This document shows positions 22,201 through 34,800 of a stretch of 64,000 nt of DNA, in pieces. The stretch's first letter is position 1. Every line of letters begins with the position of its first letter. Below the pieces are notes generated by a model. It did not search any database. It saw only the letters and a program-made list of their open reading frames with translations, and had not been told where the DNA came from. The DNA comes from Catajapyx aquilonaris. Taxonomy: Eukaryota. Location of the stretch: assembly GCA_000934665.2 (NCBI GenBank), contig KZ539112.1:1-64000 (forward strand), read 5' to 3'. Position numbers and translations under genes: made by a program.

Positions 22201-23551
22201 AAGATCTGTAATGGATAGCTAAATAAATTACCCAGGAGAACAAATCACAAACTGCGAGGCGGGGGAGCTACTCCCGACGGGCGGGGCACAACGCACCTAC
22301 ACCCCAGCCAACTCAGAAGAAATAACCCATCTAACATCAGACCTATTCGCCTCCTTAATAATTCCTGATCATCTCATATACCCAACCAGATTTCTGATAG
22401 GAAAAGGAAAAACCCATAAATCAAAATTTGCGCAATGAGGCGTTTCTGACCCCCACGATGGGACACAAACACAGGGTTCCTCAACCCCCGGACTAATGCA
22501 TTATAAATACACCCATTATTTTTTTGCACCCAGCTACTTATCTCTGTACGACTATAGTGAGGTCATTCACCTGAACTTATAGAGGCGCTCTGAGTTTCAG
22601 TCACTCCGGAAAGCTTCTGACGAGTGCCGGTGTAATGAACCCAGTAGCCTATACACTGCACCAATTGAGGATGCAAGTCGTCTGTGGCGTGTGCCACCCT
22701 CCCTCCACCCCCTACTTCACTCCCCAGCTCTCCCTCTCCCCATCTCTTATCTGCGACTAAATTAGCCACAAATGAAGCGAGAGCCTTAAACGCTGCGGCT
22801 CTGCTGCATACTATACAGCAGTGTTGGAGGCCTAGGCTGAGCTCCTGCTGCCCCTGGGCTCGCCCAGCTCTAGCTACTGATCGATAACGTGCCAATAAAC
22901 TTCTTTTTGCCACTCTGATGGCAATTAGGGGGCAAGGCTGCTAACATGGAGAGCCGGTCCCAGTCCATCTCCAGAACCCCCTTACCCTCTACCGGAACCT
23001 AGGCCTCCCTCTCCACCCCCTCCTCCACCCTGAATCCCTGATAAATTGGCAGCAGGAAAAGAGTGGCCCGGGCCAAGCTGTGTCATGCATGTCAAGCAGG
23101 ATCGCTTAAAACTTTCCTTTCGAGTCACTACTTCCAAATCTCATAACAAGGGCAAAAATGCTATCAGAAGAGTGTCAGATCCAGGCTATGGGGTGGCGGT
23201 GGGAAAGAGGAGGGGTGGGGAGGGAGGGGGGGAGGGGAATACAAATGAGTCGGCAGCGTCGACGTCAACCTTCCTCTTTTTCTCCCTCGCACAAAGTAAA
23301 AGTTGGCGACGGCAAAGTCAGCCGAGTAGAAAGAATCGGGGAGAAGTATGGGAGGGAGGTAGGGAGGAGGAGGAGGAGGAGGGGGGTTTAAGACCGAAAT
23401 TCGGCTCACGACGACGCCGACGACCGACAGAGAGACAGGCAAGGCAGCCTAGCTCTTCCTGGAGCTCAGCGTGTCCCACCAATACCAAGTAAGTCCGTGG
23501 CTCGCCCACCAGAATCACTAATCTTTCTCTCGGCTTTCCCTCAAGACGCAG

Positions 23552-23554
<3 letters not shown>

Positions 23555-23622
<68 letters not shown>
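23555..23622. repeat. (CT)34 microsatellite (GAGA repeat)
   Basis: Perfect CT run ~4.5 kb upstream of the trh ATG. Confidence 0.97.
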
Positions 23623-23623
<1 letters not shown>

Positions 23624-26600
23624 ACCCTCACAGGGACATCCCACAACACCCACGTCCATTTTCTCTACTCTATACACAACTCTCAGCGGATATTCCCTTT
23701 GACAAAAAAAAATATATCTAGATTTCAAGAAAATATGGATGGAATACTAAAAATTTGCAGCAGCAGAACTAGGGGGGGTCATCTGTGGTAGCCACGCCCT
23801 TGTTGGGGGGGACACAGCTAGTCCCCCCCCCCCTCTCTACATCCCACTCTTCCGCCTGAATAACGACATTGGCGTGATGACGGTGGCGGGATAATTCGCA
23901 CTAACGAGGGATATTCAACTCCCCGAGCTCTGTCAGCAGGGCTTGGCAATTTTTATTCTTGCACTTCATCTGCTCTTTTACTTCCCCATCATTCCTTGGT
24001 AGATGGAGGGTGGGGGGATGATGACCACGAATGCGAATCAGGTGCCTGTTTACACTTCGAGATTCTGGTAGGGTCGGGAGGGTGCTGTCTTTTGGGNAGA
24101 GAGAAAGATATATTGGATTAGGATGGTGTGGGGAGGAGGGGTGGCATCTCGCCTGATCAGTGATTAGGATCCCTTCGCTCGCCGCCTATAAACACCGAAT
24201 CTGGGTAAATAGGGCCTAATCAGCCGCAGAACCCTCCCGAAAGCCTGATTGGCCTTCCTTTCACCGACTCTTTTCGGCTTTCGCTCTGTCGGACAAGATA
24301 GACTCAGCTCAATCGAGTTATACCCAACCCACACTAACCCCTCCTGCCTAGCTCCCTTCTCCCTCCCTTACCACACCCACCCAATTCTTGCCTTAATTCG
24401 GCTGCCCATCATGGTTGAAGACTGCCGCACCACACGCAAATTCACTTAGCGCATATAGGTTCCTGTTCCAATCGCACACTCAAGTCATTGCATTTGAATT
24501 TACTAAGTATAGGCTACTGTAGCTGCTGTATTCATTCTGAGATATTGTGGTTGACAACGTGTAAGTTTGTCACTGAGACACTTGAATGTAAAATGCCACG
24601 TTATTATTCAATCCATTTATCTTCTTGTAAGCCTGCGCATCCTATAGATCTATCAAATGGGGGATAAAACATTGTGCCTTATAAGTTTGACGGGAGAAGA
24701 AGGCACTCTCTCACTCTCACTGCTCTTCCATTCTCAATGCAGCCCATCATTCTCGTCCTTTTGCACGTCCCCCAGCTTTGGCGTCTTGGGTTCGTCGTTG
24801 GATGAAGTTCAACACTTGAATGAGCAAATACGTGGAGAATTGAGCAGCACTGACACTAGGTCGTGACTTTTAAACTATCTCTCAATCATTGTTTTCCAAC
24901 ATTCTTCGTAAGAGGCAGGATGGATAGGCCGGTCCTATCCATCCTAGTATATAAGACGTATGGAGTTCATCAGGCGCTTCTGACAACCATAATTATTATT
25001 ATAATAAATGCATGAAACACATAATTTCATTGGTCTATACCACATATCAATACTTTAATGCAGAGAAGTTCTGAAACAAAAAATTTGCAACCATTGTAAC
25101 CAAAAATATCCATCTGAATGGACCTCTTAGCGATGAAGAGCAGAAGGTTCCAAGAAGGGGGTGCGGAAAAGGGTGTGTCGCCATACATGCAGCAGGAATC
25201 AATTATTCATCGGGCTCATCTCCATGATTATGATCAACTCCTTGGTGCGCAGATGATTGCAGGATAATTTGATATTTAAGGCGCGGGCGATCCTTGAGAG
25301 CCAAGGCTCGCATAACAAGCTGTAATTGACGTATAATCAGGCGCATTGATTGGGCCATTTGCATGGGGGCTTCCCTCCAGTGATTGTCTTACATTTATCC
25401 CTCCGACCTCCCTTTTCTGAGGGGATGGGGTGAGAGACATCAGCGAGGGATGTATAATAGGGAAAAATGTGCCATGCTCCTTACTCTAATTAATATACGG
25501 GGCAGTTCGTGATGCGACTGCCCAATTAGTACAGCCGCAAAACCCGATTTACACGTGACGGATAGATCTACGTGACCGGGTTGACGTCAAAGGCTATAGG
25601 GGTCGACCAACACCCATCTTTGCTTTTAGTCCTACTGTGGTATGCCTGCTAGTATTTTTTTTCTTTCAGAGTTCCTCTCCGCAGCTTGATCCTGTTAGGC
25701 CTCCTTGGCCATGATTGCGGCCCCCACATTAATCCAATCGGAGCTATACGGTCCGGCTGGGTCATTGGGAGGAGGCCTCCTAATGAAGACCAATGTGCCC
25801 TAGGGGGTGAGGGAGGTTGAGGGGGTGGAGAAAGGATCCAAGGGCACATGTTATTGCCAGCCACAGCGAAATATTGCCGCCTCTCACCACCACAATCGCC
25901 TCTCGCTCTAATAATGTTCCCCCTTCATTTCTCTTCCTTTCCTCGACCCCTCCTCCCCAAAACGGTAGAAACGTCACCCAAGCCCATGGCAACTCGCTTG
26001 ACTCATTTTTTCCCCAAGTGAACCGCTCAAACAGAAAAAAAACCGCAATAGGCTGTGTCACCATTGCACCCCCTCACCCCAAAGTCCCTTTTCATTTCCA
26101 AAACTGCAAACACAACACCCTCTACAAGTTTCGAAAAGCCTCAGGAAATGGATTTATCCTGGCCCGGAAGAAACCTACGCGCCTTTCTTGCGTTGCAGGG
26201 AAGCGTTTCAATAAGGCGCTCACAACCCTATACCAGTTGATGTAACTTTTATATTATACAGTATAGGCTTATATTACACCAATTTTATTGAGGGTATAGG
26301 GGAATTAGTGGGGTGGCCCATATTAGTCGATGACGTGGAAAAGTTGACATCTAGCCGAATACTTATTGCTCCGGCTGATTTGTCGCCGGTAATCCCCCTC
26401 GACCGTTATGACGTAGTTGGCCAAATCCCCAGCCGACGGGGGCAAGATGGTCAGGGAAAAATGATGGTGAAGCTGCCGCTTTTGGTGGGCCCCTCCCCAA
26501 CCAGACTCCGGACATAAATTCTGGCTCCCTACATAACTCCAGTCGGTATAAGGGATGTAGGTAACAGTAATTTTTCTTGTCTTGGGCACTGGATGCGTCA

Positions 26601-29600
26601 CGATGTCCGAGCAATGGATCAATACCCCCCCTTCCATCACTGCCCCCCTGGCTTTTTCAGTGGACCAACCCAATTGCGCCAAACACAATCGAGTATGGAA
26701 ATGAAGGCCGGCGATGCTTATTGGCACGGAACATAGTCGGCGGCTGGGCCGCTGGACCAAGAGCTGGGTGGGATGGATGATGGCAACCTTGGTCTGCCCG
26801 GGGATGATGTAGTCACGCCTGGGTGATCTTCTCAATGACCCCCCCNCCACGTCTATACCCACCGCTAAAAAAAAGAGAAAAAAAAACCAATCCGGGAGGG
26901 AGAAATGACTGGCTCGCTCTCTGATTTGTCTCTGTCGGCGCTCAATTTCCTGCATTCTAGGAATTTTCTGCTCAACAGACTCCTAATTCGCTTTTTGTCT
27001 TGCAGCAAGGCGTCCAAAATGGACCTTCTTCCGTACGCCGCTGAATTTCAGATCAGGTCATTTTGTCCTCGCTCCTACAAGTCTCCCCTCGGTCCGCTCT
27101 GCTTAATCAAACGTGTCCACATATGACAAACTGTCTTTTTCGCCAATATGTCTATGGCGACAAAGTTTTTTTTGGTCGAAGTAGAGGTGAATGCTCGATG
27201 GAACATCAGTTCGTTTCCGATTTTTTTTTTTTTTGTAGGGTTCTATCTAGTCGGCGGCAAAGGAGCATAGAGTCATGCAGCCTTGGCGAGGAGGAATCTG
27301 CGGCGGGCCAAATTTGCACCTTAGCCCTACCTCTAGCCAATTATTCGCCTTCCCCTTCTCATTTCCCGCCGTTTCGCCTCACTTGCGCCTTTCCCAATTG
27401 GCCCTTTTTTTTTGTTACCACCACACCACCTATGTCCCTCTTCGGCTTTCGTGGGAAAGGCAGGACACTCTCTTACCATCCTCCGGCATCTCTGCAAAAA
27501 GCATGCCGCTTCTTCCCCCTGTAACTATCTGCGGACTTCCTTCTTCTCTTGGTCAAAAGTGGGGCCCCGGCTGGCACCGGAATCAAAATGATTGTTTGCT
27601 GGTGCACTACCTCATTTCGATTCTCCAGGCCTCATCTTTCAGTTTGCCGTGGAAGGACCAGGGGGTTCCTACGTGATTTTGGCCATGAGCGTCACGGAGG
27701 GAAATAACACTTTGGCTCCAGGGCCAATCGGCCCCTCGGCCTCCCTTTTTGCCCCGTCTAAGGATCAACACGTCCAGAAATGAGTCCCGGCGGAACAAGC
27801 AATCGATACAAGTGATGGTGGGAGGGTAAGGGGGAGGCCCTTTGCAGGCCTTATTCTTTTTTTTTTTCGTTCCCTCTGCTTATCGCCTCCTGGACGCGTT
27901 TCTTGCCAATGCACTCGCTCAGAGCCCTCCGCCTTTAATTGCGTCGCTTTCAATTAAGTCCGATGCCCTGCCGCATACAAAGCAACCGCCAACTGCTATC
28001 GATTCACCCAGCACCAAGAAGGCTATAGCAACTAACTATAGTACATACTACATAATGAATTAACGGGTTCACTTCATTACGATTCGGACGCAATGTGTAT
28101 ATGCGACATCCTTAGATGCGGAAATGTGCATTCTGGATGAATTCAGATTCTGAGGAGGAAGGCCACGAGGGTCGCATTCAGAAAGGACTGATAGGAATTT
28201 GGAAAGAGGAGGGTGTGTGTGGGGGGGGGGGGTNGGGTCTGTGAGAAGCAAGAATAATGGAGTGAGTGAGCTGAATAAGGAGGAAGAATGGAGTTGGGGA
28301 GGACAGCAGTCCTGGCGACACTTTGCGGATTAGCCCAAATTAAGATTGTACAAGCGAGTGTCATAATCCGACGTCAAGACGCAATAAAGAAGGTGGGATT
28401 TATGGCCTGGGGGGAACTGTAGGAAGTTTTTTCCAGTTGGAAGTCAGGGAAAGGGGCATGAGGTGGGTGGGCTTGGAGGTGGGTGTCGCTAGCGGCATTT
28501 TAATGGCTTCGAGGGTAGAGAAAAGGCAGGGGACAGGAATTTTCCAATTCCGAATTAGAAGAGTAGGAGGCCTCTGGGACTCAGGCTCTCTTTCATCTGC
28601 AGCAGACACCAAACTTGTGCGCCATAATCCCTCCTTTCCTACTCTCCTACGCCGGCTCCGGAACAGCTCCGGAAGCTCATTTGACATGCAAACTTGCTAA
28701 GCGGCTGATTCAGTTAGCTGCACAGCACAGGCTGAGAGAGATGCTGCTCTTCCTTATCTGCGCCCAGCAGATAAGCCGGCTGCAAACGAGCCTCAAAATC
28801 CGAATGATTTAGGAGCAGGAAGCAGTCAGGGTGGCCCGGAAATGAAGCCAGCTCGCACCTCCTTCCTTCATTTCGTCACCACTTCATCATAACACCCCTC
28901 TCTCTGCATATCATATACTTCTCCTCCTCAGACAGCTCAGCCGATAACCTACACCATACAGCATTGCCCAAAATTGGGCAAATCTCCCTCACACCGCATG
29001 TTGCAATATGCTGATGAATATGAAATTCTGTTGTGTGCTGTTGTGTCGCAGTCCCATTTGGAAGCCGGCGGGTCATTAGCACGATGCAGAGCTTTGAAAA
29101 ATCCAACTCCCCCGGTCAGAGAAAAATGTGTCTCCGCTTTTTTTTTCCACCCCCCTCCCCCCATCACCCTGTACCCACCCACCACCCCGTGCCGGGAAAG
29201 TAATATTTAAAAGCAATCCATTCAGCGAGCAAGCAAGCCTATTCGAAATTTCTGAGCGTGCAGGCGCCAGCTGATTGGGCATGGGGCTCACGTTTCCCAT
29301 CTGCAGCGGCCTCATCCCGCTCCCGACCAGCATCCCAATGACCTCTCACTCCCATCTCCAACCCACCCACCCACCCGCAACTCCCACCCACCCACACCCA
29401 CCTCTCTTCTTCCTTGCCGACACTATGTACAAGTGTCCCGAATTGTCCCGGACACACCCCGCAACCCTAACCCACGACTAATGAATTCCCTCTCTATACT
29501 GGACACCCTGTACCACCACCCCCTTCCTATTTTTTTTTTTTTAATCCGGCAGAAAAACTAGCACATGTGGAAGAGGCCGGACCGCGAGTGTGTGCTGGGG

Positions 29601-31810
29601 GGTTTGGTGGGGGGCAATATATTCCGGACGCGTCGGCAGGTCGGCCCGGGTCACCTCCCAGTTTCCCATAAAAAAGGACAGATAAATGGGCGCTTTCCCG
29701 TCACGTTGCGGCCAACACGGCTAAAAGCATCGCTAATGAAATCGTCATCAGGACCACCGCCTGACAGCCACAGTCTCCCCCCCACCACTGCTTCTCTTTG
29801 CCCAACCAATTTATTTCTCTTCGCATGTCCCTTCTCAAGGAGCCGCAGATTGAATTTTAATTCTTCCTTCCGTCCTTCCTTTTCCTCTGACCTCAATTGT
29901 TTATTCTGGACCGCCAGTAGGTCCGATGCCTGCCAACAACAACTTCTTGTACATTCGCATAACGTGGTTGCCCTGACCTCCTGCTAGGGACAATTTTTTG
30001 GACAAAGGGGAATAGAGCAGGTGGTAGCTACCGGACCCACAATCATAGTAGGGGATCAGGGTCACGTAGTTCAACCGGTGGGCTATTACACCTACTCCCT
30101 GAGCGGCTAATTAATGAAGTGGCAGTGCAGAGGCGGAGCTGGCCCCGGGGCAAACAGACCCCCTCGGCCCAAGGAGCAAAGACATTGATCTAATTAGGGG
30201 GGGAGGCTAGAAAAAAAAGGAAGCATAGAGGGCAAACAAAGGCTTAGGCTGGATGGACGTTTCGTGTTAGGGCCAGCCAGCAGGCTGAGTCAGAGTAGCG
30301 GCCAAATCCCCGGAGGATCCCATCATGGTCAGCGGCCCGGGGACACGCTCCATTCCCCCAGGAAAAGCAGGACAACGGGGGGACGGAAGAAGCTAGAGGA
30401 TCCCCCCAAAAAAATCCAATCATCATGGGATGGTTGGTTGATCGGTGGGTTGGTTGGTGTGAAGGCGACACTAGATGACTGCATGGGCGCATCGGCCTTT
30501 AATTGAATGCCTTTCATGGCCACAGGTCATCTTTTCTCGAGGGGAATGACTGCCCTTATCTTTCCTTCTTTTTTTTTTCCACCCCCGCTTATGGATTCAT
30601 CGTCGCCTCCTGAAGGTTCACAAAGAAATCTCCAAAGGGAATTCACCGAGAAAAAATCGCCTCTAGGAATTCGGCCCTACAAGTCATCCTCTCGACTTTT
30701 TGTATTTGCTGCTGCCAATTCAATCGATTCGGTCTTGATTGAAGCGGTGCACAGATGTGACGCTTCTCCGTTGCTTGTCCATATAGGAGGATGAGAAGTG
30801 TCGGGAGGGCAGGGAGGGTCCAGATAGATCCCCCATCAGCATCCGATCGTATAGGGGGGGACAGCCTCAGTGAAAAATGATGCTTGCGGAATTGCAACAG
30901 CGGCCCCTTCTGCTGATGAATGCCGCCCCAATGCAATAAGAGCACCAGAGGACAAGGGAAGGGGGAAAAAAAAAACGTAAAGCATCTGCCTCAGTGTGAA
31001 AAAAAAACGGCAACAAGTCATGATGAATGGTTGTCGAGCAAGAGACCGAATGCCGATGGAACTCATTTGAGAGCCATAGTTGGAGGCGCCTCTACCAGGC
31101 CGCCCATCTCTAGTGCGGCTCTTCGCCCACAGATGGCCGACCGTGCTAGGAAGAAGCTTTCTGATGGAAGAATTGCGTTTTAACTTATTAGCTCTTGGTC
31201 CTTTTTTTAAAAAATGTGAGTAGAACCTGCGGGCAGGGTCAACACTGAAGCTTCCCCCAATTTTCTTCTTTCAGACTCAAAATATGATTATGAAATGGAT
31301 AACTGGAGGCGAAGTTTGGGGGAAAGGGTGGGGAGAAAATAAGTGAGGGAAGGCTGATTTATATCGGGAGGCTTGCTTGGTGATGAGAGGGCCAAAGAAC
31401 ATGATAGCGAGAGATTTGCCACCAGCTTGTTACCATGCAAATTGCGTATACATATGCAAAGACTTGATTCTCTTACATGCGGCCCTAATCAAACACGAGG
31501 GAGGCTTGGAGTGGGCGGGAAGGGAGCAGGGTAGAGAGGAGGAAAGGGGGGGGGGGGGATACTTATTAACTTCGCATTTTCTCATAAATTCCACCTCCAG
31601 CCCGCAGCCGGAATTTCAATCCCGATCGATGTCTCAGCGTTGGCACCTCAATCAGTCCCCTACATCCAGCCCCCTCCCCATCTCTCACGAATAAGAGGCC
31701 AAACTCAATCTGTCCTACCATCAAAAGGTCCTGATCCCCTAACTCCCTTATTTCAGACCCCTGCATCTCTCTCCTCAACATACACGCACACAAAAATTTT
31801 TCTCGCCCAA

Positions 31811-31857
31811 ACGTGACGTGGCGACACGTCAAAAGGCTGTCACACGTGATGACACGT
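31811..31857. promoter_or_regulatory. Cluster of five ACGTG/CACGT cores (candidate bHLH-PAS or bZIP binding module)
   Basis: ACGTG 31811, ACGTG 31816, CACGT 31825, CACGTG 31843, CACGT 31853. Confidence 0.4.
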
Positions 31858-34800
31858 CGCTTACGAACCGTGGTGCCTATGACGAAACTATTTTTCCGGG
31901 GTGGACCTCAGCCTACTTTGTTGTTTACGCTAAGTATTGATATGCAAAAAAGGAGAGTCAGCTATTATAATATGCAAATGGCAGGTGAATCGATTGGCAT
32001 GGCCCTTTGTTTCTTGCGGAAAGGGGGGCTTTGTTTTGGAACACAATTTTTTTTTTCTAAGCCCCCGGCGGATGAGGCGCATTTCATTTCACTTCCGACC
32101 ATTTTGTATGTCCTATTTCCTTATGTGCCGCTTGCGTGTACCGAGACGTACGATAATTTATTAAACGTTAGCTAGTCTCCAAAACAAACGGGAGGGGGAA
32201 AAATATGTATATATGTGGATGCATGCTTCTTCCTCCCCTTTTTTGCAAATGGCCCTCTCTGGGCTGCTGGCAGCATCAAAGTCGTCTTTGGGGAAGTGAC
32301 CGTGCTCCCAGCTCGCCTCCAATCTGAATATTTCATTCATATCTCCAAATGACACAAGATTTCGATGCATTTCCATATAAATGACGCTATATTTCCTAGC
32401 AGGTCCCGAGCAGTTAGTCATCCTAACCGTGATTTATGGAGCCAAACATATTGCCCGAGTTGAACTTCACAAGGCTCTGGCGGGCATTATAATCCCACTA
32501 GAGCTTTAAGTGGAATATTGCTCAAGATTGGGAAGGAGAGCTGCGGCAGTTGAGGCGGCCCAAGAGAGAACTGGGGGAGGGAGGAATGAGAAACAGGGAA
32601 ACGGGGAAAAAAACGGGGAGAGGGGAGATGAAAAAAATATATACAGGCAGGAATGAGGGGGTTTCTCTGCATGCCAAGAACGGAATGATTGATTTCATAG
32701 CAGATAGTAGACTTATGTCACCTGTCAACTCAAGTCCAGCAATCTCCAGAAATATTGGCTGATTGTCACCCTTTCGTATGTTGCTACTTGCCATTATCCT
32801 TAAATCTCATATTTTTTTTCGGATGAAAAGTGTAGTGAAAGCTGGATTGAAATGATTTGACAGTGAAACCATAATTCCGTTGCAGGGGAGGCTGGAAACG
32901 AGAATCTACACACTTTGAGGAGGTAGATAGGAAGAAGGATCCTGATTCTCCCCCCTCGACAGCTTGTATCATTAATCGATTAGGTTCCCGTGCTCTTGTC
33001 GCGAGAGAGAATCCCATGGGAGAGCCCCTAGACTTCCCCCTGAGCCATTAGGAGCCAAATGTGGGTCATGGAGATGAGGAGGACCCACCTCACCCCTCGA
33101 GACCTTATGCAAATTGCCTACCCAAACACGCTGATTTATCCACTTCCTACCCAGAGAAGTCCGCTATATATACCACGAATAAGACCAGCCTGCTGCTGCA
33201 TACCCGAGTAATTAGGCGAGTCATCATTCCCCCTTACCCCCCCTGCTGCTATCAAGTGCACTTGCTTTTAGTGGGCATTAAATGCGACGTGTTCCCAAGT
33301 CCGCTTGTGGTGCCCACGCAACTCTTACTATCAATCGTGTCATCTTGGGGCAAAAACAGACCAAGTAGCGCCGCCGTCCGACGCACAGGTATTTTTATTG
33401 CCTGGTCATCAACCTTATTTCCTGCAACTGACACGACATACACACGTCGCCTCCATTCTTAACATTCGCAACCGTTTATGAGCCCAGCACATGTCAACAA
33501 TTACCAAGGTTTTTTTTAGCGCAACGATGGCTTTGCGGATGTGCTTGTCACTTGCACCGTAATACTGCGGATAATTAAGAAAGTCACGCGTCGTGTCTGG
33601 TCAACTATTTTTGTATAGTTACCAACTAATAGTAGCTCATTAATATTGAAACTTCCGGATTGTCCAGTACTTCTCCCCTCCTATTCTAGTGATACCAGTA
33701 TGAGATCCACCTGACACCCTGGTCGCTCAACGGGATGCCAAGTGTACCTGCTGACGAGGTAGAGCAGGACTTGCCGGTTGCTGCCCGTGGGCTGCCCACC
33801 AGACCTTTTGTCTCTCCCCATCTGGCGGTACTCAATAGCTTAATTGTCCGAATAAAAATGTGTACTGTATTTATTTACAAATTTTTATTCTCGCGTCTGG
33901 AGGAATGTGTGCCCAGACTAGTGATGCGTGGGTGAGGGGTCGTGAGGTCAGAGTGCGAGGGAAGAGGGCTCGCAAACGACCCTGGAGAAGCTTCAACTTT
34001 GAGTGGCATCTGAGGGGAAAGAACCGGCAACTAGCAGGTTTCCGAAGCTGATAATCAGCCCCTCTATAGTGGCGTGTCTATGGACACCTTGCCAGAAGTA
34101 CAGAAAGTGAATTATGCCCCTGCAGGTGGACCGTACCGGTATCGCAACAGGAGGAGAATTCCAGGACACACTAAAAAGAACGGGTGATACGAAGCCGTCT
34201 GGAAGTATGCCAGTGTATATGTACAATATTTTCCTGGTAACAGGCGTTGAGAATGCCGTATTACTCCATTTGGGCATCGGTACATGGTCGTATGAGAACA
34301 GGAATAGTTGAAAACTACACTACTATAACAATAAGTCACGAATTTATTTTCAATTTCGATGGATTTATTGATACATTTGTAATTGTTTTTTTATCGTACC
34401 CTACCACGAACTGCCAAACACCGTCTAAATATTTATAGGAAACGGGGCAATTTATTTTACAACCCTATACCAACGTGTATATAACTGCAGCAGTTGTAAC
34501 CCTGATTACAGTCGGCTAACTTCCTCTCACCCATTCTGGGTGGCAGCAGAAGGACGATTGAAATTCGACATGTGTCCGTTGCCGCTCCAGTAGTTGAGGA
34601 CTATAGAGGCGTGTATATAGAGTGGGGGTATACAGCAGTGGCTGCATCTCCGGAAGGAGCAAATGAGAGCCAAGACAAAAGAAAGGGGGAATAAAAGGAG
34701 CATTGGCATTCGGGTCGCGCGGATGGAAATGGTGCGACGCCCGCGACGCCTAATTCCCCCCTCTCTCTCTAGAGAGACTTCCTCTTCCTCATCATCATGA

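Noticed and set aside
23486..23494. Plus-strand donor CAA|GTAAGT suggesting a divergent spliced lncRNA
   Set aside because: Several GTAAGT hexamers are expected by chance in 45 kb, and no partner acceptor or exon could be supported.
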